64,000 nt of DNA from an uncultured Nitrospiraceae bacterium (GCA_963730935.1 CAVSTP010000002.1:992001-1056000), one strand, 5' to 3'. Shown: positions 30,698-40,157, counted from the first letter of the stretch. The notes: generated by a model not told the origin, from the letters alone. Program-made: numbers and translations.

Positions 30698-30727
30698 TTG
30701 CCTTAAAGAAAATTCGCATGCTAAGGT
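30698..30727 (+). promoter_or_regulatory. Putative promoter of the AlkP-like/HEAT locus
   Basis: TTGCCT-N18-TAAGGT with extended -10 TG. Confidence 0.45.
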
Positions 30728-30767
30728 ACCCGTTCCCTTTTCAGCTCCACGTGTGGAGAAGCAATAC

Positions 30768-31784
30768 ATGACGGCATCATTTCAACGCGTGTGTGCGATC
30801 ACGATCGGCCTCTTTTTGGTGTTCGCTGTCGGATCCTCCGCGGCCACCATCCGCCCTTCCACCCCGGCAGCGGACAACGGAACTCCTGCCAGTCCGCCGA
30901 CCGAGCACGTGATCCTTTTCGTGTTGGAGGGGTTCAGTCAGGAATCTCTCAAGGGTGGCACCATGCCGACCTTGAGCAAGCTGATCAAGGACGGTTCCGT
31001 CACTTGGTCGGCCACAGGCGTCAACCCGCCGCTTCGATTGCCGACGATGGCCTCGATCATTACCGGCGTGCCTGTTGAAAAACACGGGATTAATTGGAAC
31101 AGCTTTGAGTTCAGCCGTGGGTACCCCCGATCCCCCAGCGTGTTCGATTATCTGGATCTGAGCGGAGGACGGGACAGCGCGATCTTTTTCATGGATGAGT
31201 CCCTCTATCAGCTCGCGAGACCGGAGCCGTACACGGATTATCAGATGTGCGGGCCGCTGAAGCCGGAATGCAGCTCCGACCGGGTCGTCTCCTACATCCA
31301 ACAATATTTCAAGAAGGCAACGAGCGGGCATGGGTATGGCCATGCCATTCTCTCATTGCCGCATTTTCTGGTTGTGCACCTTCCAGAAGCCGGCCGGGTT
31401 GGCGTAGCGCGGGGCTGGGGCTCCAAGGAGCATCGGGAGGCGCTGCGCACGGTCGACAGAGCGATAAATTCGGTGTTGGACATCTACAAGACCCAAGACC
31501 TCATGAAGCGGACCACTGTGTTTGTCACGTCGCTAAGCGCGGAAGGGGTCGATGCCGGTCAGGAACGGGCGATGAATGGCACACCTGTCGTTCCCTGGAT
31601 TGCGTCGGGCGTCGGCATCAAGCACGGCCATGCGATTCATCAGCCGGTCTCGATCATTGATACGGGCGCGACGGTGCTGCGCACATTAGGCTTGCAGACG
31701 CACACGGAATGGGAGAGCCGGCCGGTTGAGGAAATTTTCCAGTACGCCTTTGTGGCGGCCGCCCCCAACTCGAACGTCCCCTGA
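30768..31784 (+). CDS. Alkaline phosphatase/NPP superfamily protein, exported, probably catalytically inactive
   Basis: HVILFVLEG, MPTLSKLIKDG, SIITGVPVEKHGI, VPWIASGVGIK, SIIDTGATV..LG; catalytic motifs altered. Confidence 0.8.
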   Translation: MTASFQRVCAITIGLFLVFAVGSSAATIRPSTPAADNGTPASPPTEHVILFVLEGFSQESLKGGTMPTLSKLIKDGSVTWSATGVNPPLRLPTMASIITGVPVEKHGINWNSFEFSRGYPRSPSVFDYLDLSGGRDSAIFFMDESLYQLARPEPYTDYQMCGPLKPECSSDRVVSYIQQYFKKATSGHGYGHAILSLPHFLVVHLPEAGRVGVARGWGSKEHREALRTVDRAINSVLDIYKTQDLMKRTTVFVTSLSAEGVDAGQERAMNGTPVVPWIASGVGIKHGHAIHQPVSIIDTGATVLRTLGLQTHTEWESRPVEEIFQYAFVAAAPNSNVP

Positions 31785-31792
31785 GACAGGCG

Positions 31793-32239
31793 ATGAACCA
31801 CGTCAATGAACTCGAAGCATGGCGCTGGGCAATGGGCTTGTTGCCCCTCCTATTTGCCGGAGCCGTCGGGCTCGAGGTGGTGGACGCCGCGCCTCCTCCG
31901 AGCTATACAAAAGAGCACGCCATCATGATTGATCCGACCGTGCTGGATCCTCCCTCATGGTGGTACGTTCCCGGGGTCACTCCCTCCATCTACAACTCGG
32001 ATCCGGACTCGCTCGATGCCTTTAAGACAACCGATAAGCGGATGCTCGCCTTGAAGCCGGGAAAGTATAAATTCATCAGTTTTACCTTCGATTTCCCGTT
32101 CTCGGTGAATCTCGACGGCAAATTGGAGTTTGCCCCTTCGCTTGACCAATGTGTGGAAGGGCGCGGGACGCAGACGCTGATCGTCCGATGCAAGCGGACC
32201 TATCCTTACGGCGGACAACCGGATTACACGTATCAATAA
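31793..32239 (+). CDS. Small exported hypothetical protein with Cys pair
   Basis: Signal peptide; LKPGKY beta-sandwich-like segment; two Cys near C-terminus. Confidence 0.65.
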   Translation: MNHVNELEAWRWAMGLLPLLFAGAVGLEVVDAAPPPSYTKEHAIMIDPTVLDPPSWWYVPGVTPSIYNSDPDSLDAFKTTDKRMLALKPGKYKFISFTFDFPFSVNLDGKLEFAPSLDQCVEGRGTQTLIVRCKRTYPYGGQPDYTYQ

Positions 32240-32252
32240 CGAGGACAGTACG

Positions 32253-33611
32253 ATGACGCAGGCCTTAGATGATCTGTTGGAAGCGCTCGAGGATGTTGAC
32301 GATGCCACGCGCGAGGAAGCGGCAAAGGCGCTCGCCGCCATCGCGGACCCCCGGAGTCTCGATGCCTTGATCAGCGCCTGCGCAGATGAATACTGGTCCG
32401 TCCGCGCACATGCGGGATGCGCGCTTGCCAAACTTGGCGGCTCCCAGGCGGCGGAGGCCCTGATCGGACTATTCAATGACCCGATCATGGAGGTGCGGAA
32501 CCAGGCGGTTGAGGCGGCCGCAAGCCTTGGAACTGCCGGCTTGGATCGAATGATCGCGGCGCTGAAGGATGAGCGGTGGCGCGTGCGCGAACACGCCGCC
32601 AAGACCTGCGGCGAAATCCGAGACCGGAAAGCCGTGGAGGCCTTGATTGTGGCCTGTCGCGATCGGGACGGAGCGGTCAAAAGCGCTGCGGCCGAAGCGC
32701 TCGGCAAGATCGGTGATCCCAAGGCCGTGCCGGTCATGATTAAACTGTTCCGCGATACCTCGAAAATCGTACGCGAAACGGCCGGTACGGCGCTCGTATA
32801 TATCGGTGAGCCTTCGGTCGATCCCTTGATCGAATGTTTCAAAGACAAGGATTTCGTCGTACGCTGTCACGCTGCGCGGGCACTCGGCGGCATGACGACC
32901 GACTACCAGATCGGCCGAACCTGGGTGCGCGACGCCAAGGTCGTCGATGTGCTCATCGCCGCCCTCAAAGATCCGGATCGTGCGGTTCGGGAAGACGCCA
33001 CGATTGCCCTGGGCATGATCGGCGATCCGCGGGCCATCGATGCGTTGATCGAGGCGATGAAGGACGGGGCGGTGAAGCGCCATGCCATCGCATCGCTCGG
33101 CATGATCGGGGACCCCCGGGCCTTAGGCCCCGTCCTGAACGCGCTCAAGGGAAAGGGTATTAAGCAGGAAGGCACTCCGACGCCCGGCTGCATAGTGAGC
33201 GAAGATGCGTTTATTAAAGAAGCCGCCGCTACCGCCCTTGGTCAGTTCCGCGATCCGCGAGTGATTCCCGATCTGATCATGTTGCTAAAAGACGGCGTGC
33301 TGCGTGAGAAGGCGAGCGCGGCGCTGGCGGCGATCGGCGATACCGCGATCGAGCCGCTCATCGCGTTTCTGTACGATCCCAAGGCTTCGGAGGTGTCCGC
33401 GGAAGGGGAGCGGGTGCTGTCCTATGCATCGGTCCGTCTCAGCGCAAAGGACGCCTTGCGGCAACTCGTGCTGGAGACACTCGAGAAGCTCGGTTGGACG
33501 TTGCCACAGGAAGACCTTGCAGTTAATTCAAGTTCTGTCGACAACGCGCGCGTTGATAAGCCCTTGGGTGAGGCCGGACGCTTCGGCCCCTCAGGCGATC
33601 TCGCGAAATAG
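32253..33611 (+). CDS. PBS-lyase/HEAT-repeat protein 1
   Basis: Repeated VR..AA.ALG.IGD.RA...LI.AL.D units. Confidence 0.9.
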   Translation: MTQALDDLLEALEDVDDATREEAAKALAAIADPRSLDALISACADEYWSVRAHAGCALAKLGGSQAAEALIGLFNDPIMEVRNQAVEAAASLGTAGLDRMIAALKDERWRVREHAAKTCGEIRDRKAVEALIVACRDRDGAVKSAAAEALGKIGDPKAVPVMIKLFRDTSKIVRETAGTALVYIGEPSVDPLIECFKDKDFVVRCHAARALGGMTTDYQIGRTWVRDAKVVDVLIAALKDPDRAVREDATIALGMIGDPRAIDALIEAMKDGAVKRHAIASLGMIGDPRALGPVLNALKGKGIKQEGTPTPGCIVSEDAFIKEAAATALGQFRDPRVIPDLIMLLKDGVLREKASAALAAIGDTAIEPLIAFLYDPKASEVSAEGERVLSYASVRLSAKDALRQLVLETLEKLGWTLPQEDLAVNSSSVDNARVDKPLGEAGRFGPSGDLAK

Positions 33612-34859
33612 TTACTTCCGCACGGCGATCCCGTGCGTGTCCGCGGTCTCTTTCCCATCCTTCATGTTGGTGATCGCGGCCTGCCCCTTGTAGTGTCCGA
33701 CCTTGCCTCCCGCATCCACGTGGATGACACCGACACCGGGAACGGTTCCTTTGGCGTTGTTGACACCTTTGTCATTGCCGGTCAACGGCGTCGGCCCGCG
33801 CAGCCCCACGAAGACATACTGACCGTCCGGTGCGACGTCCATGAGATCAGGCGCCGGATCAGTATTCTTGTCGGTGACCAGATCGACGGAGCCGACGCTG
33901 AGATTGCTCAACGTGTCGATGATTTCAATGTTGTTTCCGGCGCGATCAACGCTCCAGAGGTAACGTCCGACGGCTCCCATGCCATGGGAATCGGCAAACT
34001 GACTATCCCGTTGGGACAGCAGCTTTGCCGAGACGGACTTCGGTAGGTCTCTCAGATCCAGAGCATACACGTCGTACGACAACGGCGCGATCGGCCAGCC
34101 ACCTCCCGAATTGATGTACATGGTGCCGCCCGCCTCTATGCCGCCGCATCCCGCCGGATGGACCTGATTGTTGTCGAGCGTGGCGACCACCTTCATTGGC
34201 GAACTGGTCACATCGGCCACGATGAGACCTCCCCCGCGAACCGTGATCAGTGCATAGGTGCTGGTCGATTCCGTAATCGGACAAATGGGAGAGTTGTCTG
34301 GACGTTCACCGCTTTCCATTGCTCCAAGGTTTAGGACATCTTTTTCAGCGTCAAAACTGAACTTATGCGCTCCGTAATCCGTCCAGATGCGGATGAGTTT
34401 TTTTTCTGCGGTGTTGGCCGCCAACGCCATTTTCTCGTTCGGCGTCGGCCATGCGGCATGAACGTTCTTTCCCATCAACAGGCAGGCGTCAGGTTTCTTG
34501 GTCGCCGCGTCCAGGAACAGCACATGCCCACTGAGGAAGGAGACAAGCGCATGATCCTGCTTGGCGTTGAAAAACAGCATATGAGGCCGACGGACGGGCC
34601 TTTTAGTCGCCTCCTCGCAAAATTTTCCGAGGTCTCCTGAAAAATCGATGGTCTGAGCCGGCTTTGCTGACGAGGCGTTGGCCGCGAGTTGCGCACCGTC
34701 ATAGATGTACAAGTACCCGCCGCTCTCTTTTCCGGTGTCGGATTGGTCCGTCAGCCAAACTTCATAGGCGGCGCCCAGGTGGATGTCTGCTGCCAGCAAG
34801 CTGACCAACAGGACGAGAGCCTTCAGATACCACTGCGCTGTCATGTATGAGCATGTCAT
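33612..34859 (-). CDS. Exported beta-propeller protein (YncE-like)
   Basis: GGAGG RBS before ATG 34859; signal peptide; blades such as PDLMDVAPDGQYVFVGLRG. Confidence 0.7.
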   Translation of the reverse strand: MTCSYMTAQWYLKALVLLVSLLAADIHLGAAYEVWLTDQSDTGKESGGYLYIYDGAQLAANASSAKPAQTIDFSGDLGKFCEEATKRPVRRPHMLFFNAKQDHALVSFLSGHVLFLDAATKKPDACLLMGKNVHAAWPTPNEKMALAANTAEKKLIRIWTDYGAHKFSFDAEKDVLNLGAMESGERPDNSPICPITESTSTYALITVRGGGLIVADVTSSPMKVVATLDNNQVHPAGCGGIEAGGTMYINSGGGWPIAPLSYDVYALDLRDLPKSVSAKLLSQRDSQFADSHGMGAVGRYLWSVDRAGNNIEIIDTLSNLSVGSVDLVTDKNTDPAPDLMDVAPDGQYVFVGLRGPTPLTGNDKGVNNAKGTVPGVGVIHVDAGGKVGHYKGQAAITNMKDGKETADTHGIAVRK

Positions 34860-35060
34860 CGGGACCTCCTCTCGACGGACCCAGTCAAAGGCAGCGAGCC
34901 GGGGGAAAACATCGTAGCTACCGGTGTGGGAGGAGTCAATCATCCGAAGGCGCCCAGACGGACAGCGTCATATATCTCTCCCGCAATGTCGTTCGGCACG
35001 CGTTCGTTGACCCTGCGAAAATGGCTATGATACCCTCACCAATTCCGAGGAAGAGCCCCT

Positions 35061-36143
35061 ATGGCCGATTCGGTAAGCGAGCAGATTGCGGCCTTGAACG
35101 ACGAGGATTGGGCCATTCGCGAGGAGGCCGCGACAGCCTTGGGCGGCTTCCGTGACCCACGAGCGGTAGGGCCGTTGGTCTGCCTGTTGCGCGATGCTGA
35201 TCGCGCGGTGCGGCAAGCGGCCATTGGCGCGTTAACGGCGATCGGCGAGCCGTCGGTGCCTGTCCTGGGCCTGTGTCTCTCGGATCCTCAGCCTGGGGTG
35301 CAAGAGGCGGCTTCGTCCGTGCTGGCCTCGATTGCCGATGAGCGGGTGCTCCTCCCGTTGATCGACGCGCTCGGGAATCAGGATTGGATCGTCCGGATGC
35401 ATGCGGCCAAGGCCTTGGGGCGAATCAAAGACGCACGCGCGATCGAACCGTTGATTCCTTTGCTTCAAGACAAGGTGAAGGCGGTACGGGAAGAGGCCAC
35501 GATCGCCTTGGCAGAGATCGGAGATGCCTCGTTGCCCTCGCTGCTCGAGGCGTTGAAGCATCCTGAATGGTTGGTGCGGTTACATGCCGTGGAGGCGCTC
35601 GGGAAGAGCCGATCTGCCGACGCGGTTGAACCGCTCTTGTGGGTGCTGTTCAACGATCACGATCAAGCGATTCGGGAAGACGTCATTCGCGCGCTCGGTC
35701 AACTCGGCGACGGCCGGGCGTTGGAATTTCTCGTGACAGTCATGAAAGAACCTGGCCTCCGGCCGCTCGCCGTTGACGCCCTGGGCAAGATCGGTGATCG
35801 TCGTGCGGTGCAAGTGCTGATCGCGGTGCTTGAAGGCAGCGATCGGCCGGCGGCTTCGCGGACGGTTGTCGGATGCGGCGACAGCTGGGATGAAGAAATG
35901 GAAACGAAAGGCGCTGCAGTGCGGGCATTGGGAAGTCTCGGCGATGAGTCCGCGATTCCCGTCTTGCTAAAGGCGCTGGAGCAGACGGTGACGCGGGCTG
36001 ATGCGGCAGCGGCTTTGGCGAAATTCGGCTCAAAGGTCGTCGCTCCGTTATTGACCATCATGACCCAAACGTCCGATGAAAATATGCGGTTCTATGTGAA
36101 AGACGCGCTGGCGAGAGTCGGTTGGCGAGCGGGACGAATCTAG
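35061..36143 (+). CDS. PBS-lyase/HEAT-repeat protein 2
   Basis: DWAIREEAATALG, DWIVRMHAAKALG, EWLVRLHAVEALG repeats. Confidence 0.9.
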   Translation: MADSVSEQIAALNDEDWAIREEAATALGGFRDPRAVGPLVCLLRDADRAVRQAAIGALTAIGEPSVPVLGLCLSDPQPGVQEAASSVLASIADERVLLPLIDALGNQDWIVRMHAAKALGRIKDARAIEPLIPLLQDKVKAVREEATIALAEIGDASLPSLLEALKHPEWLVRLHAVEALGKSRSADAVEPLLWVLFNDHDQAIREDVIRALGQLGDGRALEFLVTVMKEPGLRPLAVDALGKIGDRRAVQVLIAVLEGSDRPAASRTVVGCGDSWDEEMETKGAAVRALGSLGDESAIPVLLKALEQTVTRADAAAALAKFGSKVVAPLLTIMTQTSDENMRFYVKDALARVGWRAGRI

Positions 36144-36161
36144 TCGACTGGGCGGGGACAG

Positions 36162-37259
36162 ATGTCGAAGGAAAGCATCGAGACGCTCGTCGCGGAACTG
36201 GTCCACGAAGAGGACTGGCGCCGTATGCGGGCGACGGCTGCCTGCCTGGCCGGTGGTCCAAGGGCGGTTCAGGCGTTGGTCGAAGTCCTGCGTTCAGGAA
36301 CGCCGGAACTGAAACGGGAAGCCGCTGCGATGTTAGCTCGTATCAAAGATCCTCAGGCAGGAGTCGCGTTGGTTGGGTTGCTTGAAGATGGAGAGGAAGC
36401 CGTCCGGAAGGCCGGTGCCACAGCCCTCGAACAGATGGCCGGGGTGCTCGAGGCCGAAACGGCGTCGGCGTTGGTCGCCTTGCTGCCGAGGACACGAGAA
36501 GCGGACAGCCGCCTGTTGGTGACGCATCTCATTGGCGCGGTTCCCACTGCGGTCGCTCCTCTCTGCGAGATGATGAGACATCCGGATCCGGACGCCCAAG
36601 TGGCCGCCGCGACAATGCTCGATCATTTGCTGGATCCGCGGTCAGTCGACGCCTTTATCGATGCGATGGGGCAACCAGCAGTTCGCGACATTGCTGCGGG
36701 AACGCTCAAAAAGCTGGGGGCGATACGCGAGCGCATCGACGACTCGTTCAACGCCTTGCGTGATGTCGAAGGGGCGAGCGAGCGGGAAGAGGCCCGCATG
36801 TCCACCGTCATCAATCTCCTCGGCATCGGGCGTCCCAGCGTTGAGATTCTTCTTGAATACCTGGAAGACGAGGATTGGCTCGTCCGGGAGGCGGCGGCCG
36901 ATCTGCTCGGGAAAATCGGAGATGTACGCGCCGTCGACCCGTTGATGAAGCGGTTGGCGATGGACCAGGACACGGGCGTCAAGGAACTCGCCATCAAGGC
37001 GCTTGGGTTGATCGGGGATGCGCGTCCCACGCAGCTGTATCTCGAATCCATCCCCATTCGGCCGCTGCGCGTGTATGCGATGGAGGCTCTGGCGAAGATC
37101 AAAGATGTCGAAGTGCTCCGTCCCCACAAGGAATTGTTTGATCGATTGCGAACGGACCGCGATGGATTGGTGGCGTACAACGCCGGACTGATCGCCGATA
37201 AACTGGAGGCGATGGACAGCGCCCATGTGATGAGTCCGGAAGGACATAGCGATGAATGA
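36162..37259 (+). CDS. PBS-lyase/HEAT-repeat protein 3
   Basis: DWLVREAAADLLGKIGD and related repeats. Confidence 0.88.
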   Translation: MSKESIETLVAELVHEEDWRRMRATAACLAGGPRAVQALVEVLRSGTPELKREAAAMLARIKDPQAGVALVGLLEDGEEAVRKAGATALEQMAGVLEAETASALVALLPRTREADSRLLVTHLIGAVPTAVAPLCEMMRHPDPDAQVAAATMLDHLLDPRSVDAFIDAMGQPAVRDIAAGTLKKLGAIRERIDDSFNALRDVEGASEREEARMSTVINLLGIGRPSVEILLEYLEDEDWLVREAAADLLGKIGDVRAVDPLMKRLAMDQDTGVKELAIKALGLIGDARPTQLYLESIPIRPLRVYAMEALAKIKDVEVLRPHKELFDRLRTDRDGLVAYNAGLIADKLEAMDSAHVMSPEGHSDE

Positions 37260-38019
37260 CGAAGGACAGTCGGAACGGGTCGAGCAATTGATCGGCGCAT
37301 TACGCGACGACAACGAAGCGCTGCGCGATCATGCGATTGCCAGCCTCAGCCAATTGGGTGAGGAAGCGATTGAGCCACTGATCGGTTTGATGGCCGACGA
37401 AGACGTGTTGATTCGTGAAGCGGCGACCATCGCCGTTGTCCGCATGGGCCCTTCAGTCGTAGATCGTCTGATCGAGGCGATGGACGATGACGAATGGGCA
37501 ATACGCGAGCAGGCTGCGTCAGGGCTGGGGAAGCTCAAAGATCCGCGCGGTGTGAATCCACTGGTAAAGGCACTGAAGGATAAGGATGGCGCCGTTCGCA
37601 CGGCCGCCGTCTGGGCCCTCGAGCGTGTCGGTGATGCGGGGGCCGTCCCTGGGTTGGTCGAGGCGTTGACCGACGGCACGGTGCGGGAGGATGTCGCCCG
37701 CGTGCTCAAGAAAATCGGCGATGCCAGAGCGGTGGACGCCTTGATTGAAGGCTTATTGGGAAACAACTGGATGGTCCGGCGGCACGCGGCCGAAGCGCTG
37801 GGGAAAATCGGCGATGCTCGCGGCATCGAACCCTTGATTGAATCTCTTAGGGACGAGGACTGGCTCGTCCGGCGCAATGCGGCCGAGTCGCTGGCCCGGC
37901 TGGGCGCAAAACAGGCCATTGATCCTCTGCTCCCCCTCTTGGAAGATGAAAATACGATGGTCCAGGAAACCGTGGAAGGTGTGCTCGCGAGTCTCGGATG
38001 GAAACAAGCGGCTCAGTAA
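37252..38019 (+). CDS. PBS-lyase/HEAT-repeat protein 4
   Basis: NWMVRRHAAEALGKIGD, DWLVRRNAAESLA; 8-bp overlap with previous gene. Confidence 0.9.
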   Translation: MNDEGQSERVEQLIGALRDDNEALRDHAIASLSQLGEEAIEPLIGLMADEDVLIREAATIAVVRMGPSVVDRLIEAMDDDEWAIREQAASGLGKLKDPRGVNPLVKALKDKDGAVRTAAVWALERVGDAGAVPGLVEALTDGTVREDVARVLKKIGDARAVDALIEGLLGNNWMVRRHAAEALGKIGDARGIEPLIESLRDEDWLVRRNAAESLARLGAKQAIDPLLPLLEDENTMVQETVEGVLASLGWKQAAQ

Positions 38020-38054
38020 CCATGTTCGACATGACACAGTAAAGGATAGACATT

Positions 38055-38774
38055 ATGGCTGACGAAGCACCGGTGAAACTGATTCAAATTGGACCAAAAG
38101 GGGGGCCGAAGAAAGACGGCTTCAACCTCGTCACTGAACGGGTGGTTGCGGTCAACCCCGAGGCCAAGCAGGTCGAGGTCGAGCTCTTGGCCTATGATGG
38201 CAAGACTGTCGTACTCGACGTCGATGACGCGGCGCTCGAAGAGTTGAAACAGCTCAAGGCGGGGGATGGCGCAACCATCCGCGTGGTCGAGGAGGGCGGC
38301 AAGCGTATCGCCAAGAGCTTCAGGATTCGCGCCAAAGATCCTGACGCGGCCAAGGCCGATGCCATGCTGCTTGATCTAAAGGACAGCCACTGGCTCAACA
38401 GGAAATACGCTGCTGAAGTGCTTGGAGAACTCAGAGAGCCTCGAGCCGTGCGCCCTCTGGTTGATGCCCTCGCCGACGAAGTCGGCGACGTGAGGCAGCG
38501 GGCCTACGATTCATTGATCAAGATCGGCGGCGCGGCCGTTTCCACGCTGGTGCCGCTGCTGGTTGCGGAAGAGGATGAACTACGGCAGTCGGCTACCGAG
38601 ATCATTAGAAAGATCGGCAAACCGGCTGTCGAGCCGTTGGCCACAGCTCTCGCGGAAGCCGACGACCGCTTGAAGACGCGTGTGCTGAAAGTGTTGGACC
38701 GAATGGGGTATAAGCCCAAGGCCAAAGAGGCAGTGAAGGAGGAACCGCCTCGACTCACCCAGTTACCCAGCTAG
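38055..38774 (+). CDS. HEAT-repeat protein 5 with N-terminal OB-fold-like domain
   Basis: VVAVNPEAKQVEV...LKQLKAGD N-domain; HWLNRKYAAEVLG repeats. Confidence 0.85.
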   Translation: MADEAPVKLIQIGPKGGPKKDGFNLVTERVVAVNPEAKQVEVELLAYDGKTVVLDVDDAALEELKQLKAGDGATIRVVEEGGKRIAKSFRIRAKDPDAAKADAMLLDLKDSHWLNRKYAAEVLGELREPRAVRPLVDALADEVGDVRQRAYDSLIKIGGAAVSTLVPLLVAEEDELRQSATEIIRKIGKPAVEPLATALAEADDRLKTRVLKVLDRMGYKPKAKEAVKEEPPRLTQLPS

Positions 38775-40087
38775 TTCGGCTCTTTGGATGGACGCCCGAC
38801 GGAGACGTGATGAAAACCGAAGGACGTCACGCGGCTTGATTCGTAAACGTTGCGCAGGTCGACCAGGAGCGGTCGGCGCATCAACGTCTTCAGCTTGGCG
38901 AAGTCCAGGTTTCGAAATTCATTCCATTCCGTCATCAAGACCAAGGCATCGGCATCGCGTGCCGTCTCGTAGGCGCTTGGACAGGGCGTGAGCCGGGGCA
39001 AGATCTTCGAGGCTTCTTCGATGGCGGCGGGGTCATAGGCACGAACCGCTGCGCCCTGCTCCATCAGTTCCTGAGCAATGGATAGAGCCGGTGCTTCGCG
39101 AAGATCGTTGGTGTTGGGCTTGAACGATAGGCCGAGGATCCCCACGGTCATGCCCTGTAATCCGCCGAGCGCGTCTTTGATCTTACCTACCATGCGGCTG
39201 CGTTGTTGGGCGTTGACGGAAGCGGCAGCTCCGGGTATTTGCATGGGATAACCAGCGCGATCGCCCATTTGCACGAGCGCGGCCAGATCCTTCGGAAAAC
39301 AGGACCCTCCAAAGCCTGGCCCAGCATGGAGAAATTTCGAGCCAATCCGGTGGTCCAGGCCCATGCCTTTGGCAACCATTTGAACGTCCGCTCCCACCCG
39401 TTCGCATAGAGTGGCGATCTCATTGATGAAGGAGATCTTCGTAGCGAGGAAGGCATTTGAGGCATACTTGATCATCTCCGCTGTGGCGACATCCGTGACG
39501 ACAAACGGTGTTTCGATTAGATACAGAGGCCGATAGAGATCTTTCATTACGGTCACGGCACGTTCACTGTCGGAGCCGATGACGACGCGGTTGGGCCGCA
39601 TGAAATCTTCGATGGCGGAACCCTCGCGAAGGAATTCTGGATTGGAGACCACGTCGAAGGCGATCTTCTTGGACTGACCGTCGGCAATCACCTGCTGCAG
39701 CAGCGCGCCGGTGCCGACCGGCACCGTAGATTTGGTCACGATCACCTTGTAGGAAGCCATCTTGCCGGCAATCCCGCGCCCAACTTCTTGGACGAAGGAG
39801 AGGTCCGCCGAGCCGTCTTTCCGAGGTGGCGTTCCGACGGCGATGAAGATGACCTCCCCATGGTCAACCGCCCTCGTAAGGTCCGATGTAAAGCTGAGCC
39901 GTCCATGACTGATCCCCTTAGTGACCAGCTCCGTGATTCCCGGTTCATAGAACGGAACATCCCCTTTTTCCAGACGGGCGATGCGCTTTTCGTCGTTGTC
40001 CATGCAGACGACGTTCACACCGAATTCGGCGAAGCATGCCCCGGTGACCAGTCCGACATAGCCTGTCCCAATGACGCTGATCTGCAT
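38771..40087 (-). CDS. ugd: UDP-glucose 6-dehydrogenase
   Basis: GTGYVG, SNPEFLREG, GFGGSCFPKD, FKPNTNDLRE. Confidence 0.95.
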   Translation of the reverse strand: MQISVIGTGYVGLVTGACFAEFGVNVVCMDNDEKRIARLEKGDVPFYEPGITELVTKGISHGRLSFTSDLTRAVDHGEVIFIAVGTPPRKDGSADLSFVQEVGRGIAGKMASYKVIVTKSTVPVGTGALLQQVIADGQSKKIAFDVVSNPEFLREGSAIEDFMRPNRVVIGSDSERAVTVMKDLYRPLYLIETPFVVTDVATAEMIKYASNAFLATKISFINEIATLCERVGADVQMVAKGMGLDHRIGSKFLHAGPGFGGSCFPKDLAALVQMGDRAGYPMQIPGAAASVNAQQRSRMVGKIKDALGGLQGMTVGILGLSFKPNTNDLREAPALSIAQELMEQGAAVRAYDPAAIEEASKILPRLTPCPSAYETARDADALVLMTEWNEFRNLDFAKLKTLMRRPLLVDLRNVYESSRVTSFGFHHVSVGRPSKEPN

Positions 40088-40128
40088 GAGTGAGAAACCT
40101 CCTGTCTTGAATGCTCGTTTTAGGTTGC

Positions 40129-40157
40129 AGTATACCCGTGAGCTGGGGGATGGGCAA
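40129..40157 (-). promoter_or_regulatory. Putative sigma70 promoter of ugd
   Basis: TTGCCC-N17-TATACT on minus strand. Confidence 0.55.

Noticed and set aside
36860..37890. Similar DNA segments (GACGAGGAYTGGCTCGTCCGG) as a repeat array or CRISPR
   Set aside because: They encode HEAT repeat units, are irregularly spaced, and no cas genes are present.
31955..37919. Long antisense ORFs over the HEAT genes (e.g. 31955-32848, 36623-37300)
   Set aside because: Typical shadow ORFs of GC-rich coding strands, with no motifs or RBS. The same applies to most alternative ORFs in the track.
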